A DNA stretch of 63,447 nucleotides, filler included, from Hyphochytrium catenoides (lineage: Eukaryota > Protista > Hyphochytriomycota), in the NCBI GenBank assembly GCA_900088475.1. It is 11 parts of 11 records of this genome, joined end to end, with 100 filler letters (N's around TTAATTAATTAA, not from the genome) between each part and the next. Parts side by side here need not be neighbours in the genome. Positions count along the whole stretch, not along the records: positions 8,209 to 16,069 come from FLMG01000716.1; positions 16,170 to 20,915 come from FLMG01002022.1; positions 21,016 to 22,369 come from FLMG01002261.1; positions 22,470 to 44,800 come from FLMG01000775.1; 7 more parts are not named here. One strand, given 5' to 3'. Under the pieces are notes generated by a model that had not been told where the DNA came from, did no database searches, and worked only from the letters and a program-made list of their open reading frames with translations. Every line of letters starts with the position of its first letter. Position 1 is the first letter of the stretch. The translations under genes were made by a program, and so were the position numbers. Of this stretch, positions 11,960-24,887 are shown one piece after another.

Positions 11960-12337
11960 GAGGGATAGGAAGAGAGTGAGGACGGCTGCCGCTGTCTGGT
12001 GGTGAGCAAGAGGGAGAGAGGAAGAGCAGCAGGAAGGAGCTGATGAAGAAGAGTTCTTGTTCTTCATTTATTTTGGGTCCGTGCAAAGTGCGGATTCTCC
12101 TCTGTCAACTAACTGAACATAGAACCTTTCCTTCTCTCTCTCTCTCTCTCTCTCTCTCCTTTCTCTCCGTTATCATGGTCTCTCTGTCTCTAGCGCCAAT
12201 GCTCAGTCTTGACTGAGGCACGGGGAAGGCGGGCTGTGCCAAGAAGGTGAAGAACAGAGAAGTGCAGGAGGAAGGTTAGCTGCTGTTCTGATGTTGACCA
12301 TTGCTTTAGAGAACTCAGCTGCGGGTACGAGGCACCA

Positions 12338-12415
<78 letters not shown>

Positions 12416-12692
12416 TCTCTTCCAACCTCTTCAGGTAGGCAACACGACCTTCCTCAATCGCTCTTCAACTATGACGGAGAGGGGTGAGAGCGAGCGAGAG
12501 AGAGAGAGAGAGAGAGAGCACCAGGAAGAGAGAGCGAACAGAAGGGCAAGAGAGTGTGGGCAGCCATTACAAAAGAGGAGCGATAAGAAGAGGATGAGAA
12601 GAAAGCAGGAAGAAGAAGAAAGATCCATCAACTCCGAAGAAGAAAAGAGATAAGGAATCCAATTCTTTCCTGTCTTGCCAGCTTATAGGAGG

Positions 12693-12730
<38 letters not shown>

Positions 12731-12996
12731 CTGTGAGATAGAGAAACTATTAGTTCACTGTCAGGAACAAGAGGAAAATGGCGTGATGTCATCAGAAGTC
12801 GAGAGGAAGAAGAGTGAGAATTATGGCAGAGAAATGAGAGCAAGAACGGCAGAAAAAGCCAGAGTCTGCCATCAAGGAGTTGAGAGGGAGAGCGAAGAGA
12901 GCACCGCACAGAGAAAGAGAGACAGAGAAAGAGTGAGAGAAGAACGAGAGAAAGAAGGGGTGGAGAGAGAGAGAAAGGGAGGAGAGAGGAAGAGAA

Positions 12997-13027
<31 letters not shown>

Positions 13028-13221
13028 AAGAAAGGAGAATGGCTTTTGCAACGACAGGACCCGCCTTCAGAACATCTGCTTCACCTGCTATCTCGGACCG
13101 GTATTTGGGCGATCTAACGATACCCTAGCTTACAATTTTTGGTTCTGATTGGCCCTCTTAGACAGACTTTGGTCCTTTCACTCCAATGCTGTCTTTCTGT
13201 TCCTCCTTTTCTCTCTCTCTT

Positions 13222-13295
<74 letters not shown>

Positions 13296-13787
13296 CATCG
13301 CTTTCCCTATCTTGTTCTCTCTGGCCACTTCAGCTCTCGCTAACTCTCTGTTCTCTGTTATTTTCCTTACCCTTAGCTCTCTCACTTTTTGGCCTTCGCC
13401 GCTTCCTCAGCTGACGCCGCTGAAGGGGCTCAATCTAGCGGCGCGGAATCTGTGAAGAGCAGGAGATCAGGTGGTGCACCGTAAGCGAAGAGAAAGAAAG
13501 CAATGACTAGTAGTTGGTGAATAGTAAGAAGAGTTTATCCGTAGATGCCGAGGTATTGGCAGTGGAGAGGTGTCTGAGGCAAGAGAGAGAGGGAGAAAAG
13601 AGAGAGAGAGAGAGAACAGCCAGCTCACAAAACGATAGTGAGAGAAGCAAAAGACAAGCAAAGAAAATGGACATGACGAGCCAACGGTTCAAGGTTATAC
13701 TGAGGAAGAGAGAGAAGTTAACGAAATCCTTGTCGCAAGCGGTTCTCAAGCGAGAGAGATGGACCAGAGGACGAGAGACTGGGGCAA

Positions 13788-13835
<48 letters not shown>

Positions 13836-14103
13836 ATGGCGGCACAAGCTCTTCACAGTGTTACAATCTTTAGTGACCGAAAGGCCATCGTGTTTGCAAT
13901 ATTATAATTTGTTCAGTTTGAAAAATAAGCTTCCGAGAGGTAAAAAGATAACCCAGCACGGGCTCCTAGCTCGCTGTTTGAGTGACCATGGCAGCGCATA
14001 AAGACAGCCATGTGAAGGAGAGAGAGGGGAACCACGGAAGTAGAGAGAGAGAGAGAGAGAAGAGACAGAGAGGAAGCACTCGTCAAGGTTCTGGAGGAAT
14101 CAT

Positions 14104-15057
14104 CTAGCGGCCGAAGAGGGAAGATCCCACCGCAAGCGCCAAGGCAAAGACACTGCTGAGCCACAGCGCAGGAGAATGAGAGGAAGCTGCGGACTGCTGC
14201 GTGAGAGAAGGGGTGGTACCAGGTCCAGAAGGCGCCTCCGTGGCTTTGGACGTTGGATCAGACGCTCCAGACCCAGGTGCCTTTGTGGTAGGGCCGGTCT
14301 TAGGGGGCGGCGCCGTCAGTCCCTTGGGAAGCTCTGCTGGGCAGCCGCTGCTAGGGTCATCGCAGGCATAATCATCACCGAAGCCAAAGCGCCATGTGCC
14401 GCTCTTTGGCGCCTTGTAGCCGAAGAAACTCTCAGCAGGGTCCACGGTAAACGTCGCTTCCTCCTTGCAGAGCTTGTCTAGCGCCAAGCTGCCAAGACCA
14501 ATGAACTGGTAGAAAGCCTTAGGCACGCTAATCGGAGATGTGCTTCCTGAGAAGGTCAATGTACCCTCTCCAGCCGTGGCCGTCAGACTGAGAGCGGGGA
14601 ACTGCTGGTCTGCGTCCCACTGAGCTCTGGGGGCAGTGAGAGGGATAGGCCCAGGCTCCAGCTTGCAGTCTGTGTTCAGCTTGACGTTGAACACGATGCT
14701 TCCCGAAGTGCCTGAGTCTTGCTGGATGAACAGCGCCGCGCCTTTGCCGCTTTTCGGGACGGGCCAGAAATGTGGGCCAATACTCCCATAGTCCTGCGGG
14801 TTGATCTTGGAGCTTACGTTCATCTGCAGCTCTGAGATGCTGAAGGTCGCAATGTAGTTCTCTCCCTCGGTCAGGTAACAAGTGCCTCTCTCTGGCTGGG
14901 CATCGTAGGAGCCTCCTTTCTCTGCACATTTGGCTTCATCATAGTCCGTGAAGAGGACATGGAACTCATAGAAATCATCAGGTCCTGCCTCTGTTGCGCG
15001 CAGACCGGCGGCCAACAGAGCGGCGCTAGCCAAGACAATGCGAGAGATAGCGACCAT
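14104..15057 (-). CDS. Secreted, probably GPI-anchored Cys-containing surface protein of unknown family (317 aa, intronless)
   Basis: Long non-repetitive ORF with signal peptide MVAISRIVLASAALLAAGLRATEA, a globular region with 6 Cys, a P/T/S/G-rich stalk, then small residues (SAASS) and hydrophobic C-terminus LWLSSVFALALAVGSSLFGR. Confidence 0.8.
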   Translation of the reverse strand: MVAISRIVLASAALLAAGLRATEAGPDDFYEFHVLFTDYDEAKCAEKGGSYDAQPERGTCYLTEGENYIATFSISELQMNVSSKINPQDYGSIGPHFWPVPKSGKGAALFIQQDSGTSGSIVFNVKLNTDCKLEPGPIPLTAPRAQWDADQQFPALSLTATAGEGTLTFSGSTSPISVPKAFYQFIGLGSLALDKLCKEEATFTVDPAESFFGYKAPKSGTWRFGFGDDYACDDPSSGCPAELPKGLTAPPPKTGPTTKAPGSGASDPTSKATEAPSGPGTTPSLTQQSAASSHSPALWLSSVFALALAVGSSLFGR

Positions 15058-15563
15058 GGTGTGTGTGGCTCTGATCTGTGCCAGCAGTTGTAGCTCTCTG
15101 TTGACGATTGAGGATCAGGCAAGAACTTCGCTAATGCAGGCAGCAAGAGAGAACCTGTCAATTGCTATCCTGTTGCTGTCTGATGCTCGATGCCCTTTCT
15201 CAATGGTCAATCACTGGGTACGAAGAGGAAGAGACTTCAAAGGAGAGGAGAGAGAGAGAAAGAGAAGAGAGAAAGAAAGGGCATTCGGGAAGGTTTTCTA
15301 GGGAGCTGTCCTAAGTTGATGTTGTCTGCGTAGGATGCGAGCGATTGCGAGGAGATCTGTCTTGCCTTCAGTAGCTTTGCGCCACCCAGAGAGCCAGCAC
15401 AGGCATCTTAGGAAGGGACAGATAGCCCATTCCCCTTTGTCCCACGACGGCAGCCTTGGCCCTTTGTGATGATTGATGTTAGGGAAAAGTGGGGCTCAGG
15501 TTACACAGAGAGAGAGGGAGAGAGAGGGGGAAAGAGAGGGAGAGAGAGAGGGGGAGAGAGAGA

Positions 15564-15599
<36 letters not shown>

Positions 15600-15969
15600 C
15601 AGATAGGGTAAGACATCACAGTTGGCTTGACGAGCCAGCATCATCTCCCCACCTTCAGAAGCCTGGTCATCCAGATATAGTCGTATCGGTGCAAGTAGAG
15701 TACAGCTACTACGATATAGACAACCCTATCTGTGCTTGAGAGTTAAAGCCTAGGTATAGCCAGAGATGAACTCTCTATCTCTCCTGATATTGTCGTCTTA
15801 TTGTCACTGTGTTGCAATTCAGTGAGAGCGACCTTAGACTTCTCACACTTTTCACTTTTCTCAGGACTGGAAACTCATTAATTGATCTAACAATAGTTAT
15901 CAGAACCTCCATCAATCCTTTCCCTTTCTTTGGTTGCTTGTCTGCTCTGCTGCGCCTCTGAGTTGACGA

Positions 15970-15973
<4 letters not shown>

Positions 15974-16021
<48 letters not shown>

Positions 16022-16069
16022 TGCTGCTCCTACTGCTGCTGCTGCTGCTGCTCCTGCTGCTCCTACTGC
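15974..16069. repeat. Imperfect (GCT)n/(CAG)n trinucleotide repeat at segment end
   Basis: Direct reading; runs into the spacer. Confidence 0.9.
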
Positions 16070-17134
16070 NNNNNNNNNNNNNNNNNNNNNNNNNNNNNNN
16101 NNNNNNNNNNNNNTTAATTAATTAANNNNNNNNNNNNNNNNNNNNNNNNNNNNNNNNNNNNNNNNNNNNCAACCGCCTAGGGAACGGCTAGAGGATGGTG
16201 CGTAGTACTGTCTACAAGCGTTGTCTTGCATCAGACTTGCCACTCTGTCTGTTGTGTCGACACTTCTCTCTCTCTCTCTCTTTCATTTTCCTCTCTCTCT
16301 GTTCTTTTCTCTCTCTGTCTCTCTCTTTCACTCTCTTTCTCTGGACAAGAGATGTCTCTCTAGACCTTCTCGCTGGCGTTATTTCCTCCAATAGTGAGAC
16401 TCACAATCAAAAGCAGGCTCTCTTACGAGTATATTGAAGAACATAAGAGGGGCAGGATTGACGCGCTTTCTGTTTCAAGCAGCAGAGGAGCTCTCTCTCC
16501 CTTTTGGTAGCTTGTTTATGTACTGCCGAGAGGGAAATAACACGACAGATGGCTTAGGCTTAGCTAGCCACCTCTTCTACTGCTTAAGGATAGCCGAGAG
16601 CCTTGAAGAAGGATTGACGAATGTGTCTCTAGAAGAGAAAGAGTCAGGGGAAAGAGTCAGTGTGAAGCTCAGCGTGCCTCCTTCCTGGGCAAAGGTCTTC
16701 GGAAAGACTCATGACATCTCTCTCTTTGAATAAAGCGGAAAGCCCGGTAAAGGGTTCTCTTCCTCATGAGGACTTGCAGATCGCCTTGTCTGTTTCGCTC
16801 TCTAATGATCTTCAAGCTACTGTGGACTGTGACGTGAGCTCGACGCTGACTCTCGCTGTTCACCTTCTCCATCAAGCTAGAGATCACGATTGCCTGGCTG
16901 TTGTTGATTATCACTTCCTCTGTACACAGGCGTTAGAGTCGTTCTCTTACTTCTCTCTCTCTCCTCTTTCCCTCGTTTTCAAGAAGACAAAAAGCGTTGA
17001 GTGAAAGGGCAGGGTGGCTCTATTATGATCTGCTTTATGCTACTAGGTATAGGACGGACTGATAAATAGCTGGGAGTAGGAAGGAGCCTATGGATACAGA
17101 GGATAAATAGAGGATAGCGAATGGTACACGCCAC

Positions 17135-18487
17135 TTAGGGTTCACCTCCTTCGTGATGGCCACTGTCAGGAGGAGGATGGTTGGGGCCTGGGAAGCCTCT
17201 TCTGCCAGGAGAGAGGAAGAGAGACATACTTCCTCCCATAGCTTGACACACGACGGGTGGAGGAGGTGCAAACCTTTGAGGCTGTGCGTAGAAAATCTTA
17301 GATCTGATCTCCTCTGCCGAAGAAGACCGAGAGAGAAGGGGCAGTGGTTCTGGGAAGTAGAGAGAGCTGTCATAGTAGGCCGATCCAGCAGGAGAAGGAG
17401 TGAGGGAAGGAAGAAAGGGGCTGACCACGTCTAGTCCCAGCTCAAACTGCAGCGGATCTACAGATTGAGCTCGGTACATTCCTGCCATTTCTTCTTCTAG
17501 AGAAAATCCTGCGCTTCCTTCTCTTCCTCCTGATGATGCTCCTACCCTTGCTCCTCCTGTTCCTCCTATCGCTGAAGAGACGTTGCTGACGGAAGAGGTA
17601 AAGAGAGCTGCGTTGTTTGAATGTCCTCTCGCTGCAGGATGAGGAGGTGGAGCCTGTTGAGAACTAAAGGGGAAGTCCATAAAGGGCTGGCCTGGTGTCA
17701 AGTACATAGGAGGAGAGATAGCAGAAGGCAGCGAGTGTCCTCTTGTCCATCTTCCCGGAGCAGTCGCTGCCAAACCCGAGGACGAAACATCTAATGGTCG
17801 TTTTCTGCCAAGTCCTCCTTCTCCTCCAGGAGGCAAAATTGGGCCACCATAGGCACCTCCTGCATAGGAGAGAGGTAAAGGAGAAGATGACGATTGCGCT
17901 TGGGCTCCGCTCTGCATCCTCTGCTGTTGCTGAAAAGCAGCAACGCTCTTCGCCTTCTTTTGGGAGGAACTTTTCTTATTTCTGCGGATAAGCTTGAGTT
18001 CCTGAGGCTTGTCTCTGGTAAAATGTGGACGCGAATATGTGCAGATGTCGCTCATGAACTTGCTCAGCTTCCTAAAGCCAAAGTAGTTCAGCTGGCGTTG
18101 AAAGCTGGCATAGCGATTGTGCCGAAAGTACTTTGGCAATATCTCCTCAATGAATCGTTGCTGGTCATGAATTTCGAAGGAGAGACCATCCTCCGACCAA
18201 CAGACGATCGAGCGGTCTTCAACGCTAAGGATGGCAGAGAGCTTGGCAAGGAAAGGGGCGATAGCAGTATCTCCTCCTTGTTGTTCTAGCGAAGAGGAAG
18301 ATAGAGGCGATGACGATGGGGATGGCCTGGAAGCCCCTCTCTCTTCTATCCACTTCTCTTCTTCCTCCTCATCGGAAAGATGGCCAGCCGTATGCTTCAT
18401 TGGAGCTAAGCTATTCTTCTCCCCAACCTGCTGCTCTGCCAATCTTATCACTGATACTAAAGGCGGCTCATCTCTGGTTGTGCACAT
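17135..18487 (-). CDS. Heat-shock-factor (HSF) DNA-binding-domain transcription factor, intronless
   Basis: PFLAKLSAIL...IVCWSEDGLSFEIHDQQRFIEEILPKYFRHNRYASFQRQLNYFGFRKL...HFTRDKPQELKLIRR is a canonical HSF DBD. A basic NLS-like segment and a low-complexity P/S/G tail follow. First ATG at 18487; true start uncertain. Confidence 0.93.
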   Translation of the reverse strand: MCTTRDEPPLVSVIRLAEQQVGEKNSLAPMKHTAGHLSDEEEEEKWIEERGASRPSPSSSPLSSSSLEQQGGDTAIAPFLAKLSAILSVEDRSIVCWSEDGLSFEIHDQQRFIEEILPKYFRHNRYASFQRQLNYFGFRKLSKFMSDICTYSRPHFTRDKPQELKLIRRNKKSSSQKKAKSVAAFQQQQRMQSGAQAQSSSSPLPLSYAGGAYGGPILPPGGEGGLGRKRPLDVSSSGLAATAPGRWTRGHSLPSAISPPMYLTPGQPFMDFPFSSQQAPPPHPAARGHSNNAALFTSSVSNVSSAIGGTGGARVGASSGGREGSAGFSLEEEMAGMYRAQSVDPLQFELGLDVVSPFLPSLTPSPAGSAYYDSSLYFPEPLPLLSRSSSAEEIRSKIFYAQPQRFAPPPPVVCQAMGGSMSLFLSPGRRGFPGPNHPPPDSGHHEGGEP

Positions 18488-19332
18488 GTCCAAGAAGAGA
18501 AAGAGAAAATTGGCTCTTCGGAGGGGCGCCGCGAGCTATTTCCCGCTTGTCGTCAGGCATTGATTAATGGCCAGGGACAACTGTGTCTTTTTCTCGCGGC
18601 CTTTTGATCGGTGGTGGACTTTTTATCGAATGATTGCTGCCGCGGTAAAGGCGGCAAATAATCTCTCTCTTTCTCTCTCTCGCTATCCTGTCAACAGACC
18701 CTTCTCTCCTGTTCGATCTCTCAAGAAGAGATAAAAAACTCCGTGTCGCTTCAGGCTGTTACTCTTCACTTGTGAGGGAAAGAAGGGTAAGAAGGCCGAG
18801 GGCGGAATATGAAGCCAGTGGCGATGACAGCGAGAAGAGGTCAGGAGAGTGCACAGAAAGGTAGGAAGTGCGCCGGTGGATGCTGAAGGGATGTCAAAGA
18901 GGTAGGTAATGAAGATCAAAGGAGAGGCTGAAGCGCTCTGATGAGACGGAAGACGGGCGGGCAAATGGACAAATCGAGACCCGTCCCTTTACTTGCACCT
19001 GCAACCTACCTCGATCGTGTGGCAGCAAGGCCGGAGAGGAAGAGAAAGGAAGGAAAATGCAAGGCCGACAAAAACAAAGGTTGAGACGAGGTCCTTTCCT
19101 GTGGCTCTCTCCAATGAAGGGAAGGAGAGGAAAGACGGGAAGAGAAGGTAACTCTGTCCCAATCTTCTCTCTCCTCCTCACAAGATGCGCATCAAAGGGA
19201 TGGGAGGATGGACAAGCACCGACCAAAGTAAGAGAGAAGAAGGGGAGCAGGAGCCCTTCATAATGTCCAAAGCCTCAGATGACTGAAAGAACCAACAAGG
19301 CTCGCCCATGTTGTCCTCTTTCCTTCTCTCCA

Positions 19333-19365
<33 letters not shown>

Positions 19366-19570
19366 CATAGGTATGACAAGGTCATTTGTGAATCCATCAG
19401 CACCAACAAACCACCAGCGCTGCCTCGTCGGCAGCGGGTCGAAGGCAAGTTGCCTCTATTTCACAGGACAGGAACGGAGGAGAGATGAGAGGGAAGGACA
19501 TTCAGGTTTTTTAGTTTGTGTTCAAGAGCAGAGTGAACCTCCTTTTCCATCCTCCTCCCCTCCTCCTCTG

Positions 19571-19636
<66 letters not shown>

Positions 19637-20425
19637 CTTCCCCACTATTTTCCTCTGCTCTTGCTGTTTTCTTATTCTTCTTTTGAATCTGTCCCCTCTA
19701 TTCTATCCGTTTCAAAGCACTGTAACACATCAACAGACAAAAATTTCTCGTTCTATTCCTCTCCTAAAATACCTAACCTTTAATAGTTAACACTAGAGAC
19801 ATTTAGGCGTATCTTTCCTCTTCTGGCAACACGGCAGTTCTAAATATTTGGTCGGTCAGGGAGTCAGTCCACCCACAAGTGCTGTCAGGAACTGGAAATC
19901 CTAAATTGCCCCCTGTTTCTGTCTGCAAGTGCAAGGTGGGGATAAAAACAACACGACTAGATTTAGGAAACGACGCGAGTATTACTACAATGGAGTATTA
20001 CTTTTAGCGGGTCTTTTATAAAGGGATGGCAGCGGAGGAGAAAGATAGTAAGAGGACTGCGAGACTGAGTCGTCTCTTGTTCCATTTTTCCATCCCTCCA
20101 TGCATTGATCAGTTCTAAATGGACATACATTATCCTCTGTACATTTAGAACCACTTTGTCGGGACAGCAAGTCCATTTCTAGGTCGTTGAACATCGCGGC
20201 ACCTTTAGGAGACGCTGTCGGGGCCAGTTGATCTGGCTCGTCGGTGAAACCTTTATCCAGAGAATGCATACCTTTCGGAAGCTTTGGGAAACACTAACAA
20301 TAACCATACTCTATTCTCTGAAATATTCCGACATAGATATTGTGCAGATAGCTTTCAAAGAGGCAGAGGTTGGGGTGGACCAGTGATGCTGGTTGTACGT
20401 CAGGATGGCAGAAATGTGTCTTCTG

Positions 20426-20467
<42 letters not shown>

Positions 20468-20483
20468 CTTCCTCTCTCTCTCT

Positions 20484-20524
<41 letters not shown>

Positions 20525-22781
20525 CGCTCGATCGCTTTGTCTCTCTCTCTTTCCTGTCTGTGTCTCTCTGTTCTCTCTCCCTCTCCTCTCTCTCTCTGTC
20601 TCTCTTTCTGACTCCATCTCTCTCTCTCTCCCTCAGAAAGAAGTCTCTGGTCGTTCATTACTGCTCAGTACCACTGCCATTGCATCGAGAGAAGTGAAGA
20701 AAGATCAGTGGTCTACTCTCTCTCTCTTCCTCTCCTACCTTCATTCTGACATGGTATTTACCTCCTCTAATGAACTGCTTATCACCGACTCCAATCGCTC
20801 ACGCTAAACAAAAGAAGTACCACACCAGAGACTGATGTATCAAGAGAAAAATTAGAAAGACCAGAGAGTGAGACACAAGGAGAGAGAGACAGAGAGAGAG
20901 AGAAAAAGAGAGAGANNNNNNNNNNNNNNNNNNNNNNNNNNNNNNNNNNNNNNNNNNNNTTAATTAATTAANNNNNNNNNNNNNNNNNNNNNNNNNNNNN
21001 NNNNNNNNNNNNNNNGTCTACTAACATCAATAAAGGACATTCAAAAGCAATCTCGTTGATACGATGATGATGATGGTGGCGATATGTACGAGAGATGATG
21101 ATTAACTATAAGAGCAGCAGCGAGGAGCATGATGCACGTCTAATTGCCTTCCCGTTATTAGCAATTCCTCCTTGTTGCCCATTATTTTCGAGGAGAAATA
21201 ACACCACATTTTGAGGAAGCCTACTAGCATAGCCTCCTTATTACCTGTGGTGGAGTAACTTCTTCTTCAAACCCAAGTCTGGTATGCTTTGTTCTGACGG
21301 TGACGGCGATTATGCTGATGTAGAGAGGGAAACAACAAGGAAGGCAGCCGATGAAGTCTTCAAGAGTTGAGTTATTAGTAGCTTTTGCCTCTTCTATTAT
21401 TAGTAGGGTAAATGGGGCGAGGTAAGCTAATAACGAGGGCTGGTTGTTGGTGTTGTGAGATCCGTCCTTTATTTGTTAGCAGATGGTTCTGGATCTATTA
21501 TGGCGGCTGTGTTGGGCGGCGTACATTCAAGGAGGAGAGACAAACGAGAGCAAATCGGCATTTGTTCATACCTTCTTTCCGCGTCTTCCGTTTGATTATT
21601 ACTATCCTTTCTCTCTTCTCTCTTCTTCATGCATTCATTCTTCTTCCTTGTTGTTCGTTCTTCCTAATGACCAAAGGGGCTTCATGTCTGTTGTTGGGCC
21701 CACCCCCCACCTTCCACCCCTCTCCTGTTCTCCCACTTGTTCAACATTTCAGTTGCTAATCATTCTCACTGTAATACGCTATGGAAGGCTTCGACTTGTT
21801 GCACTTGTACCTGAATATAGTAGGCAATAACACCTGTAACGAAGGTGCGTTCTCAAAGAAAAGATGAGATTAGAACCACGAAGATTTATTGGCCACACAA
21901 CCCACACCCCGCCCGCCGCCGATGGTGATCATCATCACCAGGCGCTCCTCCTGCTTCTTCCCACCCAATTTTTGCCCGCCAGCGGCCGTGGGAGTGACAA
22001 CACCGAAAGAAGCCACAAGCCCGTCGTTGTGGCACAAATAATAAGGAAGAGGGAGGAGGAGGGGGCTTACAGCGGCTTTGGCAGATGGTGGATGGTCGGT
22101 GGCAGGGGCATTCATGGCGCGACGACCACTCCCTCACCATCATGTTGAAAGCAAAAACATTTGTTCACCCCTGGTTCTTCTTCTTCCCTACCTCCCTGAC
22201 ACGACGGGAGCATCCCGTCTGCCAGCATCATCATCATCACCTACTACCACTACCTGCTCCACCACCCGCCAGCCGCCAGCAGTCAGACTGTCAGGAGCAC
22301 GACACGGCCGCACTTCTTGGGCCTTGCTGGTGCTGGTTGTTGGCGATCCAAGGATGTTAACCCAGCTCTNNNNNNNNNNNNNNNNNNNNNNNNNNNNNNN
22401 NNNNNNNNNNNNNTTAATTAATTAANNNNNNNNNNNNNNNNNNNNNNNNNNNNNNNNNNNNNNNNNNNNAGAGAGAGAGAGAGAGAGAAGCTGAGATCTA
22501 ACTTCACCAGACGCGGCAGAGGAGACTCTCTCTATTTAGATCTGCACAGGTAAAAGAAACCGGGGACACCCTTACCATTCTTTCATGCCGATCTGCTCTT
22601 CACAAGGAGACGTACAGCTTGCTTTCTCTTTCTCTTTCTCTTTCTCTCTTTTTCTCTCTCTCTCTCTCTGTGTTTCTCTCTTACGCTCTTTAACGCTCTC
22701 TCTCTCTGTCTCTCTGCTGCTCTATAATACAGAAGAGAAAGGGAGCGATACGGTGAGACAGAGCAACTGGGAGCGAACCCA

Positions 22782-24570
22782 ATGGCTGGAGATAATCTAA
22801 TGCTCGCCACTGAGAGAGAAGAAGGAGAGATTGAGGAGAGAAGAGAAGCACCGCCAGAGAGAGAGAATGGCGTCTCTTCCTCTCTCTCTCCCTCTCATCC
22901 TGGGCCCTCTCCTTCCGCCGCCGAGGGCCGTCTTGCCAGTTATAAGCAGGCGCAATCTTACTATGGCCTTGCGGCCTTGCAGCTCAGCTTTCTCGCGGCG
23001 TCGGGCGTGATCTTGAGGACAGAAGACGGACGGAGATATTCTCTCAATCCAGAGACAAGAGAGACGGTAGCGGCGTGGAAGAAAGGAGACGAAGCCCTTG
23101 CCGTGTTTAAGAACGGCGCCATACGCAGAGGAGATGGAGAGACAAAGCGAAGGGAGAGACGGAAGAGAGAGAGAAAGAAGCGGCAGGAACAGAGAGAAAG
23201 AGCTGAAGCAGCGGAGAGAGACGAGACAGTGGGACAGCCGATAGCACTGGGACAAGGGGATGAAAGAGAAAGAGAGGATGGTCTCTCTCCTCCAAGAGAA
23301 GAGACACAGGCAGCGCGAGTCTCTCCTAGAAGAACGCGACAGAGATTGTCTTTCGTCGCCTCGGACATTCTTCCTCCCTCGTCTCCCTCTCAAGCAGAAG
23401 AACAGGAGGAAGTGACTCCTTTCTCGTCTTCTTCTCCTCTTCCGCCTCCCTCTCCTCCGACGGCTGTGGCTCCGTCTGCGAGGTCCAAGCGTAAGAAGAG
23501 CGTCCCCGAAGAGACTGACGTGGGAGAGGTAAGACTATGATAAGAGAGAGAGAAGAGAAAGAGAGCGAGGACAAAGATGTGTATCTCTGTGTGTGTGAGA
23601 GAGAGAGGGCGGAGAGAAGAGAGAGAAAGAGATAGGGAGCTCAGCTTTATCTCTTTGACTCCTGTCGAGGACAACGGGTATGGCAAGTTAACCTACTCTC
23701 TCTTGCGCGCGTGCACTTTTCCCCTGCGACCTCTCTCTCTCTCTCTCTTTCCTGTGCTCCTTGCTCTGCGGCCTTCTCTCTCTCTCTTTCTCCTTTCTCT
23801 CTCTCTCTCTCTCTCTGCAACTTCTCTCCCTCTTCCCCACTCTTCTCAAGGTTCCTGAAGATCTCCCGGCAGCCACGAAGAAGAGACGTTCCCGTACCCG
23901 CAACGCTAGCTGGACGACGAGGAAGAGACAGCGGAGGTCTGCCAAAGCACAGAGAGGAAGGAGAGGGGAGACCGACAAACCTGAGGAGAGAGAGCTTGAG
24001 ATGGCAGCGGCAGAGATGATGATGAGAGAGAGAAACGCCCGATCAGGAGAGAAAACTTTGGTGCAGGCGACAGAAGTGACCTCTCTCATGAGACAGGCAG
24101 AGAAGATCTCTACCTTCCTCCAGGCCGCAGAAAGACAGCCTGCCATCCTGGAGCTGCTTCCTCTTCTCTCTTCCACCGGCAGTCTCCGACTTCTCTCTTC
24201 TCTTGCAAGGGAAGAGAGTCCGCTGGCTGTTCTGAGAGAGAGAGAGGCAGGGCCTGAACTTCTTTCTGCCCTGCAACTGATCCTAAGGAGTGAGCTTGCG
24301 GCCTCTGCAGAGAGGAGACGTGGAGAGAAAGGAAGTCTCCTCAAGTTTTTCTCCTACCTGTTGGGAGGCGGGGGAAAAGAGAAAGAGAGGGGTGGAAGGG
24401 ACAAAGAAGAAAGAGAGACACTGCTCTCTGCCTTCTGTTCCTTAGAACCTGAGCAGCTCTCTGACTTTCTAAAGGTCGACCGCGAGCTCCTGAGAGTTGC
24501 TTTGGAGTCTCTGGACGATCCTTGCACTGCCCGCTGCATCCAGACCATGATAGAGAGCACCAGCGCATAA
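22782..24570 (+). CDS. Hypothetical two-exon protein, basic/low-complexity middle, helical Leu-rich C-terminal region
   Basis: Exon 22782-23528 (GAG|GTAAG donor) joins in phase 0 to 23851-24570 (CAAG|GTT acceptor) across a CT-rich intron; both exons are long open frames. No recognised domain. Confidence 0.65.
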
Positions 24571-24821
24571 ATGCATCTCTCTATCTTTGTGGTCTCTCTC
24601 CCTTTGCCTTCTCTCTCTTTCTCTTCTTCTCTTTTCATTCTGCTCTCACTTCTTGATCTTAGAGTCTCATGCTCCGGATGCAGCATTCTTTTCACCTCTT
24701 TGCTCTCCATCTACTGTCCCTTTCGCAGTTTGTGTGCCAGCTCTGGTACATTCTTTAAACGCCTTCCTATTTCTTGACAGTCACCTGTGTTATGGCTCGC
24801 TCGAGTCGGGATAAGGGTCTC

Positions 24822-24887
<66 letters not shown>

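Noticed and set aside
16364-17004. Overlapping ORFs 16434-16733 and 16711-17004 as a gene
   Set aside because: No ATG-led or splice-consistent model and no recognisable motif.
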